Shown here: positions 37,641-49,463 of the stretch, piece after piece
Layout of the letters: every line of letters begins with the position of its first letter
Position numbering within the stretch: the stretch's first letter is position 1
From: Cyanophora paradoxa CCMP329
Taxonomy: Eukaryota > Plantae > Glaucophyta
Direction: 5' to 3'
DNA: 64,000 nucleotides
NCBI GenBank assembly: GCA_004431415.1
Contig: QPMI01000621.1
Location: 150,034 to 214,033 of the forward strand
Notes under the pieces: generated by a model
What the model saw: the letters and a program-made list of their open reading frames with translations, nothing else
Told to the model about the DNA's origin: nothing
Databases searched by the model: none
Position numbers and translations under genes: made by a program

Positions 37641-38575
37641 TCAGAGGACCCTGGAGAGGAAGGACTTGCTGACCTCGACGCAGTGCGAGAGGAGGGCGTG
37701 CGGGACCTTGACCTTGGTCGCCACGCCCCGGGCGACGCAGAAGAGTACGGTGGCGAGGACGAGCAGGGCGGCGAGGGCGCCCGCGATCCACGAGAGGTCC
37801 TTGGCGCTGAAGGACTCCAAAAGGGCCTTCAGCTTCGCCGCCCGGTCCCTCGCGACCTCCACCACGATCTCCTGAGCGCGCGCGAGAGTGCACGTGAGAC
37901 CTCTGCCCTTACTACGGCGGCGCCTCGCGCGTGCGCACGAAGGGCCTCGAGAGGAATGGAAGCACGATGCCCATGAAGGTCTGCGGGCGGGCGGCCGCGG
38001 GCGGGCAGGCGTCACGATTAGATCTAGAAGCAGATTGCATGGGAGCGCGCGCGCGCGCAGGATGCCGGCATGGAGCGCACGACATTCACTTTCATGTGGA
38101 GGTGCAGGTTCGTCAGGTCGCCGTCGCTCTCCATCCTGAGCGCCTGCACGAGGGCGCTGGAGGAGTTCCAGTTGAGGTTGTTGCTGTTGCTGTTGGCGCC
38201 GCCGCGAAGGATTCCCTCGGCGGCGGCCACCATTTCGCGGGGAGGCTGCGCTTCCAAGTCGACGCCTCCCAAGAGCGCGGGCGCCTGCCCCATCTGGAAC
38301 TGGCGCGCAGGGGGTGCAGCGGCGCCGCGGCCGGCGCCCGCCAGCGGCCCATTCCGGGCGGCGCGAGACACGATGGCCGCGACAGCGTCCAGGAGAGGAT
38401 TGGGAATCCGCCCAAGATTGATCTGCGAGAACGCATAAGCGCAGGCCGCCGAGGAGCCCCTCGGCCTTGTCCCATGCCAGATCTAGATCTAGACGCGTAC
38501 GTATACGCATAAACGCACGCGCATGCGCATGCGCACCAGGCGTCCATCGACAGCCGGGACGAAGTTCTGGGCCAT
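37641..38575 (-). CDS. Small C-terminally anchored membrane protein, paralog A
   Basis: MAQNFVPAVDGRL|INLGRIPNPLL...DLEAQ...AAEGILRGGA...TM WIAGALAALLVLATVLFCV; shares motifs with 42226-43046. Confidence 0.6.
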
Positions 38576-39029
38576 CGCTGCGCTAACTAGTACTGATGTA
38601 ATTTAAGCACTGAGGCCTAGGCACGCACTGCGGCGGCAAGTGCGCGCACCTTGGGCGGTCAGGGGAGGAGGCCTGGGTCAGCTGAAAGCTGCAGCTGACG
38701 CGGATCTGCAGCTGGAAGCGGTCAGTCAGGCCGCCGGGCGATAGCCAGGCGCGTGCGCGGTCGGTCGGTCATGATCACCTGACTCGGCGATAGTCAGGGG
38801 AGAAGGCGGTCGGTCACCTGACGTCGACTCGACCCGCAACCGCTGGTCATGGGTTGGTTGTTTGACCACGAACACCGCTCGCGCGCGCGCAAAATGCAGG
38901 CGCGAGTCCGACGGTGACGAGCGAGTCGCTGCGGTATGCGCTACGGCCAGCCGGGCCCGCAGCCTGGACCGCAGTGATCATGAGGTACGGGTACGTATAC
39001 GCGGCTGAGCCGGCACTTGTCGGGTGACC

Positions 39030-41804
39030 ATGAACAAGGAGGTCGTACGGCCCGCGCGTTCGGAACGCGCTGTGGTAGGCGCTGGGATTCACCGGGCGCG
39101 GGTCGGGGATGTCGCCCTCAAGCTCGGGCTTCACCTCCGGTTCCGGGCTCCCCGGTTGCTGGGCGCGCGACGAGGAGTGGCTTCGCGACCTCTTCACGTG
39201 CGCGGTGCTGTGTGAGGCCGCGTACGAGCCCCCGCATCGCGTCGCCGCTACCATCGCCACTCTGGTACGGTCCGCCGCCGCCTTTGTGGCGCTCCGCTCG
39301 CCGCCTGACCGCCCCGCAGGGCGCTGGGCTCCTCTGCAGGCCGCTGCGGTTGCATCGCAGCTCGGCGCGGGCGTTCCAGCACACCCTCTCGCGAGCCGCC
39401 CGCCGCCCCGCCGCCCGCGCGCTGCGCGCGAGGCTGAGCTGACGTACGCGTTGCGGTCTGCGCAGCGCGGACGATGGAGAAACGCTCTACTTTGTACTGC
39501 GGTGCGCAGGAGCGCGGGGCGCCTTGGCTGGCACCTGAGCGCGCTCGCCCCGCGCCGGCAGGGGCTCGGCGGAGGGGCGCTGCTGGGCCGTGAACGCCGC
39601 CGCTGACCCCGCGCCGGACCCGGACCTCGGCCTCGTTCACAAGGCGAGGCCACCGCCGCCGCGCCGAGCGCCCGCCCCCGCCCGCGCGCTCTGACCCGCC
39701 AGCAGGGTGCGAGTGCATGCACGCGCGGGCCCTCCCTCCGCTATCTTGTCTAGGGCTCCCAATCTGAGGGCAGCGTGGGCAGGCTTCGCGGGGCGGGCGG
39801 AGCGGGCGCCGCTGGAGGCGGTCGTCGACGCGGCGGCGCGGCTGGGGCGGCGGCTGGTGCTCGCCGGCCACTCGATGGGCGGGGCCGTCGCGTGCCTCCT
39901 GCTGGCGCGGCTGCTGGCGGCCGCCGAGGCCCGCCCGGGCGGCCCGCACGCCCGCGCCGCCCGCGGCGCCCGCTGCTTCACTTTCGGGCAGCCCCTCTAC
40001 GCCTCCGGCGACCCCGCCGCCCGCTTCCCCACGTGGCCCGAGGCGCGCGCGCTGTACCCCCCGCCGCCCTCCCCCCCTCACGCGCCGCCGGCAGCGCCTC
40101 TTCCCGTTCGCGGCGGAGGGCGATCCCGTACCCGTCTCGCACCTGCTGGCCCAGCGCGTGGCCCCCGGCGTGCTCGGGGCCGGGGGCCTGCCCTTCCGCC
40201 CCCACCACAGGACCTGGGCGAGTTCTGCCCCTCTCTCGCCCGCGTCCGTTGCTTCTGTTCCTGATGGGGGCCGCCCCGGCCGGCGCCAGGTCCTGGGCGC
40301 CTCGGGCCCAGTCCTGCGGATCGTGCCTGCGGCGGCCTACGATGGAGCGGCCTTCCTTCGGGCCGTGCGTCGCCCCGCGCCGCGCCGCGGCCGCGGGCCC
40401 CGCCGGCGGCCGATCCGCGAATCAGGTACCCGGGGACGTCCACCGCATCCAAGAGAACCACAGCCTGGCGAATTACACCCGGCTCTTGCTGCGGTGCCCC
40501 CGAGCCTTCCGTCGCGCCTCGTGTCCTTGACGGGGGTACGTCAGGATGGCCGGCCGCGGCGGGGCGACGGCCGCGCCCCAGGCGACGCCATCGTTTACCC
40601 CCGGGAAGATCGCCCTACCCCCTCGCCCCCGGAGCGCCGTCCTCGAGCTCGAGGCCCGCCGCCCACCCTATACCCCCCTTCTCCGCGCCTTAACCCTCCC
40701 CGCAGGTTCAGACCGGCCTTCTCGTGGCCCTCGTGAGGGGGTACGGCCTCGGCCGCGTCACCAGCGCCCGCCTCCGGTGCGCGGGCGCGGCTTCGGCTCC
40801 CCGCGCGGCCATATCGCTACTTACGTTCCGAGCCCGGCGCAGGCACGAGGGGTACTGGGTCGACGCGACGCGCAAAGGGCTCGACGAGGACGGTGGGGCC
40901 CTGTTCTTGGCGTTCCACGTACCCCCGGGCCGCGGCGCCCGTACCCGAGCCACCCTCCGCCTCGACTCGGACTTCGGCCGCGCGTCGGTACCCTTCCGCG
41001 GCCCTCCTCTAAAACGCGGGTACCCCTCTGAGCCGGCGGGCACTCAGGTCCCGGCGAGGGTTCGGTTCCCGCGGGTCGTAATTGTTGCGGCGGGCGACGG
41101 GGCCGCCGCCGCCCTCGCTGAGGGGGCCGTCCGCCTGCTCTCCGATCCCGAGGCCGGCCCCGGCCCCGGCCCCGCCCCCGCCTGGTGCGCGCCGCCCGTC
41201 CCGTCCGGGCTCGCGCTGTATGTAGCTCAGTGCGCCCAGGACCCGCGCCGGTACCCTCCGCGCCCGCTTCCTCGAAGTCGAGCCCGCGGTACCCCCTTCC
41301 AGCTCGCCCCTCGCCCGGGATTCGAACCCCGCGCAGAGCGTCGCCGGCGGCGCGCGGCTCCGCAGGGCCCTCGGCCGGGCCCCGTCGCCCCTCCTCGTCT
41401 TCCAATGCGCCCCCGGGCCCCAGCCCGTGGCCCCCGGCCTGCAGCTGCCCGTGTACCCCCTCCTGGCGGCCGGCCCCGAGCTGCAGGCGCGGGCCATCGC
41501 CGGGGCGATCTCCGCGGCCTCGGGGCGGCCGCGGGGGCGCCCCGCGCCCTCGCCCCTGGCCCCCGCGTACGCGTTCTCGCCTTCGTATAGCCAGAGCCAT
41601 CTCGCTCGCTCTGACGTCGCTCGCTTCGCTCCTAGGGAGGTGGAGGCCGGGGAGGCCCTCGCCTGCGGCCTGGTGCAGCGGGCCCTGGCGGCCGTGGCGC
41701 GCGGCGGCGCCCGCGCGCGCGTCTCCGTCAGCTTCGCCGGCCTCGCGACGATCACGTTCGGGCTCAGCGTCGGCCTCCGCCTGGACCTCGCCGGCGCCCG
41801 CTAG
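39030..41804 (+). CDS. Class-3 lipase (alpha/beta hydrolase), multi-exon; start approximate
   Basis: LVLAGHSMGGAVA nucleophile elbow, CFTFGQP, GDPVP (catalytic Asp), ENHSLANY (catalytic His). Confidence 0.8.
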
Positions 41805-42225
41805 CGCTAGCCTCAGATCTATAGCCAGACCCCCGATTTGTAGACCTAGACCTAGATCGGATCTAGATCCTGACGCCGGCTATAGCTATATAGCTATCAT
41901 AGTATGGGCAGCTCTTGCAGTGCTGCAGCTATAGACATCGATCTAACTCTCGGACCGGAAGCTTCACTCAGTACTAGTGAGGCATGCATACGCATACTAT
42001 GATATATGCATGCGCATGTGTATACGTACGTGCATGAGTACGATCGAAGCCTCTAATTCAAAGCCTTGAATTCGAATTCGAAGCACAAGGCTTTGACAGC
42101 GCCCAGTGACTATAGCTGTGTGTCACGGCCCCACGGCACTGTACATGTACAGACATGCACACGGCGGGGACACGCGCGCGTGCCAGCACGATCTCAAGGG
42201 GCGGCGAGGAGGGGCGGGCCGAGGC

Positions 42226-43046
42226 TCAAAGCGCGAGGCCGAAGTGCCCCTTCACGATGCGGGTGGCCGTGGAGAGGAGATTCTTCGGGAAGGAAGCGGA
42301 GAGGACGGCGGCCCCGATGAGGAGCAGCGCGCAGGCCACGACGGTCGCCAGCCAGGGGTGCTCCTTCAAGAAGGCCACGAACTTGTCCTTCAGGTCCGCC
42401 GCGACGTCGATAACGACCGCCTGCGCCGCCCGACGGTTACCGTTTCAGCGCACGCGTGGTGCAGCGCCCAGCTGCAGGCGTGCGCGCGCGCACCACGGGC
42501 CGGAACCAGGGGAGCCAGCTCAGGAAGTCCTGGCAGCATCCGTGGCATCGTCAGCGGCGCCGGCGGACGAGTTGCAAGCAGAATGTGACGCGCACCGGCC
42601 ACATATATATGTTCAGCTGCACAGGCTCAGCGGCTACGCGTTCAGCCTGGTGTGCCTGTAGCTGTGCGGCCCACGCGCCGGGAGGCCGGCGGTCCGCTCC
42701 AAAACGTAGGGCCTCCTCGGCGCCGGAGATCAGGAGAGGGATTTGCGCCTCCAGGTCGAAATCATGATCAAAGGGCGCCGGATGATAGCCGAGTGGCGCC
42801 AGCTCGAATGAGCGGCCGGCGCCGACAGCCTGGAGCGCGCGTGTGGCTCCAGGGCCCGCCCGCGGGCGTGTTGAAGCTGCATGAGCGACGCTGCTCACGC
42901 AGCTGGCCAGCAGCCAGCTCGGGATTCTCCCGAGGCAGACCTGCGCGGACGGCTCATCGGATGAGCGCCCCTCGGGTTCGAAGCTTGCGGGACCGGACCT
43001 GGCCAGGGACCGGACGCCCCGGGATGGCAGGCGGGGCGAACGACAT
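42226..43046 (-). CDS. Small C-terminally anchored membrane protein, paralog B
   Basis: MSFAPPAIPGRPVPGQ|VCLGRIPSWLL...DLEAQ...GAEEALRFGA...TM WLATVVACALLLIGAAVLS. Confidence 0.6.
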
Positions 43047-43100
43047 TTGATGGTCGCGCTGATACGCTGCGAAAGCCATCAAATGATGATGTCAGGAAAA

Positions 43101-43196
43101 GGATGTCAGGCGACCTGCGCAAGTCAGGCGGATGTCAGGCGACCTGCGCAAGTCAGGCGGATGGGCCGGGCCGGGGATGTCAGGCGACCCGCGCAA
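43101..43196. repeat. 29-bp tandem repeat (2 full copies and 1 partial) in a divergent intergenic region
   Basis: GGATGTCAGGCGACCTGCGCAAGTCAGGC. Confidence 0.85.
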
Positions 43197-43488
43197 ACCG
43201 CCGCGCAGCTCGTTATCGGATGGGGACCAGTACAACGGATCGCGATCGCGCGCGGAGCTCCAGAGGCGGGCGATGTACGCAGGCTGGCGACTCGGCGAAC
43301 GCAATCGCGCGACGCAGCGCGGAGCGCTCCGACTCTAGCCTCCGAGTCTTCTGATCGCACACAAGTACGCCTAGGTCTTGAATTATTAGATAACAGCGTG
43401 CTGGGCGATTGTACTTCTGGCCACAAGCGCTGCGGCTGTACCCCGGCAAGTGTTAACCAGCCGTGAAAACACCATCCAGCTGGCGACA

Positions 43489-45018
43489 ATGGCCTCGAAA
43501 GTCACCACAGTCGTAACGCCTACAGTTTCAACCAAGTCGGCGGCTTCGCCAGCCCCGGCGGCTTCGCCAACGCCGGTGACATCAGCGGCACCCGCCCAGC
43601 CGACTCCCGCGGCGGCACCCGCTGCCACTATTCCTGTCGCAACTCCTGCCGCAACTCCAGCCGCTTCTTCTGCGCCAGCAACACCCGCACCCGCCGCGGC
43701 TGCCAAGGCAGCACCCGCGGCGACTTCGGCCCCCGCCACAGCAGCCAAGCCCGCCGCAACTCCCGCGGCAGACAAGCCCGCAGCTTCTTCGGCACCGGAG
43801 AAGGCGGGCGCCGCAAAAGGCACGGCGGCGAAGCTCGGGACGGGTCTCGTTGGCAAGCATGTGATGCAGAAGCTGTGAGCGCCCGCCGGGGCGCCGTTTC
43901 TTCGGTTAAAAACGCTTAGCCTCGCCTCCAGGTTCATGTGCAAGGACGGCTCGGTCATGTGGTGCGCCCCTGCCCGCCCGCCGCCGAACCGCCCGGCCCG
44001 CCCCGAGCCGTCGCCGACGCCTCCGGCCCCGCAGGTCGAAGAACCCGTTCTGCAAGGGTACCCGCCCGCACGCCCTTCGAACCCGCCGCCGCAACGTTCG
44101 CCGCTGAACTCGCGGGCAGGGCACGGGGGCACGGTGGAGGTGCTGGGGGCGAAGGGCAAAGTGATGTACTTCGGGAAGCCGATCCTCTCGGCGCACGCGC
44201 TGAAGCACGGGCACGCGCACGGCCCCCAGGAGGACGCCAAGGCCCCCGCCCCGCACGTCCCCAGCGGGTGCGCCGCCGAGCCCGGGGCTGAACTTCTCTC
44301 TAAGCTTTCTAAGCTTTGCCTTTGGAGCCCGGGCGCGGCTGAGGGCCCCGCGGCAGGTTCCAGGAGATCCTGCCCCACGGCAAGGAGTTCAACGCGGCCA
44401 ACTGGACCCCCAAGGAGCCCGCCAAGGCCGCCGTGCGCGCACCCCGGGCCCGGGGCGCGGCTCAGGCGCCCCCTCTCCCTCGCTGACGGATCGGGTCGCC
44501 GTGCCCGGCCCGGCGCAGCCGCACAAGGGCCACATGAGCCTCCTGCACCCGCAGACCGTCGCGAACGCAAAGGCCGCCGCCGATGCGAAGGTTGCGGCGC
44601 CCACGGCGCCCCCCGCCGCGGCAAAGGCGGCGCCGGCCGCGGCGCCCAAGGCCGCCCCGTCCTCCTCCTCCTCCTCCGCCCCCGCCGCCGCCGCCGCCAA
44701 GCCCGCCCAGGTGGCCACGCGCCCCCTCCGCCCGTCCCCGTCCGCCTGCCCCTCACGCCGCCGCGCAGCTCGACGCGGAGACGTACGCCTACACGTGCGA
44801 CGGCGGCGCCGGGGACGACGACTGCGACGCCGCCGACGGCCCGCAGGTCCGAGATCCCTTACCCCCCGCCAGCTCCGCCCGCCTGAGTTTCGCCGCAGCT
44901 GTTCGACGCCGAGGGCGATGCGGCGGAGCGGCACGCGGAGGCGCACGCGGAGGGGTACGAGGAGCCCGAGGACAACGTCGTCGACAACTGGTCGACGGCG
45001 GCCAGCCCTTTCATTTGA
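43489..45018 (+). CDS. Ala/Pro/Thr-rich hypothetical protein with acidic C-terminus (multi-exon)
   Basis: MASKVTTVVTPTVSTKSAASPAPAA... with a consistent exon chain to ...EEPEDNVVDNWSTAASPFI*. Confidence 0.6.
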
Positions 45019-45146
45019 GCTTCACGCCAAGCTCCAGCCCGCGGGGCCCCTCCCGGCAGGGCCCCTCTAGCTCGCTCGCTAGGCTCGCCGCTCTGTACAA
45101 AGGACGATGGTAGAGCTACTGGTTTCGAGAGGGTCGGAGAAGGGCG

Positions 45147-46192
45147 TTAGCTGTCGGCGGGGATGGGAGCTTCGTAGAGGGGGCCGACGCCGAGCTTCGG
45201 GAGGGGCCAGAAGCGGAGGACGGCGCGCCCGATCAAGTTCTTCTCCGGGAGGAACCCCCACACGTGCGAGTCGAAGCTGTTGTTGCGGTTGTCGCCGAAC
45301 ACCAGCAGCGAGCCTGCGCGCGCGAGGCTCGGCGAGGCGGCCGCGCGCGCCCAATCTGCGAAGCCTGGCGCGCACCCTCGGGAACGGTGATGGGCTTGAG
45401 CTCGTACTCCATGGGCTCTTTCACGTAGCTCTCGCTGACCGGCACGCCGTCGACGTACAGCCGGCCGTCGTGCACGCTCACGGTCGAGCCCGGCGTGCCG
45501 ATCACCCTGCGGGCGCGGGCGTCGGGAGGCGGAAGCGAGCGGCGGCACTCCTGCGGGGGCGCACCGCTTGATGAAGGCATCCTCGCGCTTGTAGCCGGTG
45601 TCAACAAGCGCCTGCGGCGGCTCGAAGACGACGACCTCGCCCCTGCCGCAGACGCGAAGCCCGTCAGTCGAAATTTGATGCGGCACAGATCTTTCGACGG
45701 CGCGAGCGCGGGGGCTCGCCTGTGCGGTTCCCTGAACTTCAAGCTGACCTTCTCGACGAACAGATGATCGCCGATGTCCAGACCGGGATACATGGAGAGG
45801 GAAGGGATGAAGCGCGGCTCGCAGATGAACGTGCGGATGAAGAACGCGACGGCCAACGATCCGGCGATTGTGATGAAGTCCTCGTTGGCCAGCAGGTACT
45901 GGACGAAGCTCTTCTTCTCCGGCTTGGGGTCTTCCGGCTTCTTCTCCTTCAACTCCGCGGTGGCGAATCGCCGCGGAGCCTCGCAGCGGAATGTGATCTC
46001 CAGCGGCCTCGGTCGCAGCGACGAGACATCGCCCCGCCACCTAGCTGTGATGCTGTGCGCGGGCTCAGGCCGGACAGCACGCGCTGCCCCCAGCTGCGCG
46101 CGCGTCGACGCCGGACGCTCGCAGCAATCTGGCCGCACTGTCCATTGCCGCGGGGCGGCGCCGGGAGGCTGCACGAACGACGCAGAGAACAT
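45147..46192 (-). CDS. lepB: Plastid type-I signal peptidase (thylakoidal processing peptidase/PLSP-like)
   Basis: [32 protein letters not shown] (catalytic Ser), AFIKRVIG (catalytic Lys), [19 protein letters not shown]; N-terminal transit-like [10 protein letters not shown]. Confidence 0.93.
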
Positions 46193-46311
46193 CACAGAAC
46201 TCACCCCCCCCTCCACGGGTACAGCGGTATCTAGTTGGCGCCTCCGCGAGCGCCGCTCTGAGTGGTTTGTGCCTCCTCCGCGAACAATAGAGCGCAAGGA
46301 GAGTGTCAAGT
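46193..46311. promoter_or_regulatory. Probable bidirectional promoter (119 bp) between signal peptidase and UBC9
   Basis: Head-to-head ATGs at 46192 (-) and 46312 (+); no specific motif identified. Confidence 0.55.
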
Positions 46312-47144
46312 ATGAGCGGAATCGCACGCGGCCGTCTCGGCGAGGAGCGGAAAGCCTGGCGAAAGGATCACCCGCACGTGAGTAGACGCAAGCCAGGCGC
46401 TATCTACGATCGGCATCGCCGCCGCGCGCCATCGCTTGGCCGCAGCGCCGCCAGGTGCTCATTCGCTCGGCGCAGGGCTTCTACGCGCGGCCAGAGAATG
46501 ATCCTGCGACTGGAACGGCAAATCTGATGAAGTGGGAGTGCGGCATTCCCGGCAAGCAAGGGGTGCGTCGCTCAAAGCCCGCGGCGCTATGCGCGGCCCG
46601 AGGCGTGCGCTCGCCTGCAGACGGCCTGGGCGGGAGGCGTGTTCCGGTTGACAATGGAGTTCTCTGAAGACTATCCCAGCAAGCCGCCGAAGTGTTCGCA
46701 CCGCCCGCCGCGGCATGACCGCCCGCCGACTCTTGCACGGTGCTTTGACCGCGCTCCTCCATCCCATCTGCAGGCAAGTTCGTGCCACCGCTCTTCCACC
46801 CCAACGTGTATCCGTCCGGTACTGTGTGCCTTAGCATCCTGAACGAGGACGAGGACTGGAAGCCCTCCATCACTGTGAAGCAGGCGCGCCGGATTGTGCC
46901 GCCAGGTTCCAGGCAGGCCGCTGAACCCTGCCACCGCCTCAGATTCTGCTGGGCATTCAGGAGCTGCTGGACAACCCGAACCCCAAGAGCCCCGCGCAGG
47001 CCGACGCTTACATGTGCTTGATGTGCGTCTGAGATCTCCCTGCGCGGGCCCGGGGCCAACCTGACGCTGGGGGGCAGAAACAACCCGAAAGTGTACGAGG
47101 CGCGAGTTCGGCAGGAGGTCCAGAAGAACCCGCCCCCCGCATGA
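46312..47144 (+). CDS. UBC9: SUMO-conjugating enzyme E2 (multi-exon)
   Basis: [28 protein letters not shown]...[12 protein letters not shown]...[64 protein letters not shown]. Confidence 0.97.
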
Positions 47145-47429
47145 CCCCCCTCTCGCCTCTCCTTGCACACTCCCCCGGCCCTTCCCTTCGACATTCTCAC
47201 CTTCGCATCTCTGCTGCCTTCAACTTTCGAAATGATCTTAACCAAGCCTGATCTCATATGCCCGCCTTCCGAAGTTCGCTGTAGCTTCAACGGTACACAC
47301 GCGGCCACAACGGTCACAGTAACGGTCAGCAGGCCGGCTTGCTAGTCAGCTTCCCTCGGCTAGGCCGGACTAGCTAGCTTCCCGCCATCGCGCACGCCCG
47401 AGCGCGAGCATTCCTGCACGCCGCCGTGC

Positions 47430-49350
47430 ATGAAGCAGTCAAAGCGAAAGGAACCCAGCCTCTGGGATGACGGCTTCGACGAGGCCCGACGTCGGCACCG
47501 CTGGCACGGCAAGCGACCCGACAGCAGCAGCTCGTGGGCCGGCAAGGGCAACATGAAGCGTGTCAACAAGATCACTCAGCAGGCGCGCAAGGCGAAGGAG
47601 CCCAAGCTCCCTGACCTCGACATCCTCAAGGGCGAGCACCCCGCGGCAACGGTCCGCTGCCTGGACACCAGCGGCCGCGCCTACCACGTTCGCCTTGGCG
47701 ACTTCGTCATCTGTTCAGTTAGCTCAGACACCCAGCTGTGTCCAGAACTCAGCGTCGTTCGCCCGAAGCCCTTCCATTTCCCGCGCCCAGGTGAAACGAT
47801 TTTGGCGCGAGTCGAGGGCGAGTTCCCAACACAGACGAAGGCGAAGCGCGGCGACTTCAACTACTCCGTCAACGGCGTCATCCTTCGGCGCTTCGTGCGC
47901 CCGGAGGACTCCGATGTGAAGGACTGCGGGCTCGGCAGCGTGATCATCAAGGCAGACGGGAGCAGGCAGCCGTGGCCATCGCAAACCACCTCATCTACTA
48001 CTCGAACGTGACGGTCCGCCCGCCGCGCCCGCGCCCCGTTCCAGCGTCCGATGCCCGTGCGCGCAGGTTCACGCACCCGCGAAGGTGGTGGCCGCGGACG
48101 AGTACAAAGCCCTCAACCACGCCGATCCCCACATCTACGTCTGTAAGCAAATCATGACGTTCCCGGGCGACGGCTCCTTCCAGTTCGACGTCGCCCTCGC
48201 CTTCAACGCGAGGCTCAAGCGAGTGGCGAAGAAGAAGATGGCGTGCTTCCTCCGGCCGCTGTCGAGGCCGGAGGAGCGCGTGGAGGCGATTGGCTACCTT
48301 CAGGACGCCGCCGCGAACGCCCTCAAGCGCCGGAAGACCGGGACGCAGCTTGTCAACGTCAAGATCCCGGTGGCCGGGCCGGCAATGTTGGTCTGCGGCT
48401 CTTATGACTCGTTCGAAGTTCTTTTTCCTATCCTCTAACGGTGCGCATCGCAGGAGAACATCGTGGCGCAGGTCGCGCACGTCGCCACGCCCATCGACCC
48501 GAAGACGGGCCAGCCGATCCCGGTTGACAAGCTGCCGGCGGCGAATCGCTTCGTTATCGAGCTTCCGGACCGCGAGACCGCTGCTGGTGGAAGCCGCTTC
48601 CTTTTTCCCGCTCGCTGTTCTTTTCCGACCTCTTTGCAGCTGTTCTCGGTCCCTCCGGCGTGGCGCAAGCGTCCAAGCGCGTCTGCAAGCGGGACGCGGA
48701 CGGAAGGCGATCCGGAAGCACAGCGAGATGCAGACCGTCACCGTCGAGAAGGCGTACGGCGGCTTAATCGTGCCGCGCCACACGGGCTCCCATGACGTCG
48801 TCCAGTTCGACGAGCGTGCGCCCGGCCCGCCCTCGCCGCGCCGCTCGCTTACGAAGCTCTGCTCCTTGGGCGCGGCAGGTCCCGGTCGGATCGTGGCCAC
48901 GAAGCGCTCGGCAGGAAAGGTGGGCACGTCACGCTCGAGCTTCCGAGCTACGAGTACGGCCCCGACGGCGAGCGCATCGCCAGCCTCGCGGGGCCCCTCG
49001 CGGCTGTCCCCGTGAAGCGCCCGCGCCGGTGCCGCGCCGGCGCCAACACCGTCGCCAAGGCGCCGCCTGTCCCCGAAGCAGCCCTTCAGAACCTGCCGCC
49101 GCCGCCCTGCCGGCCCCGCCGCCGCCGCCCTGCCGGCCCCCGCCGTCGCCGCCCCGCCGGCCCCGCCGCCGCCGCCCTGCCGGCCGCCGCCGCCGCCGCC
49201 CGCCCGCCCCCGCCCGCCGGTCGCCGCCCTGTCGGCCCCTGCTGCTGCTGCCCCACCGGCCGCTGCCGCCCTACCTGCCCCCGCCGCATCCGCCTCGGTC
49301 CCCAAGTGCGCCCCTCCCCCTCGCCCCCGCTCGGCTACTTGCTCGCCTAA
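47430..49350 (+). CDS. BAH-domain-like protein carried by the transposon (multi-exon, 1-bp indels), copy 1
   Basis: YHVRLGDFVIC...ILARVEG...VILRRFVRPEDSD...LIYYSN...VVAADEY...YVCKQ follows the BAH motif order (Y.VGD.V / IARI / RWFYRPEE / V...EY / F.C); Ala/Pro-rich tail. Confidence 0.65.
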
Positions 49351-49463
49351 TCCTGCAGCAGGAAGGATCGCGCGGCACAGCTCGCGGCCGCGGTGGCGGC
49401 GCGCAAGAGGGCAAAGTCGTGAAGCTGCTACTGAGAATCGCACTATCTAGGTTACAAGGTGCG

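Noticed and set aside
47430-49350. Convergent partner gene as a true RAG2 homolog
   Set aside because: No kelch GG...W repeats or PHD Cys/His pattern are visible; the motifs fit BAH instead.
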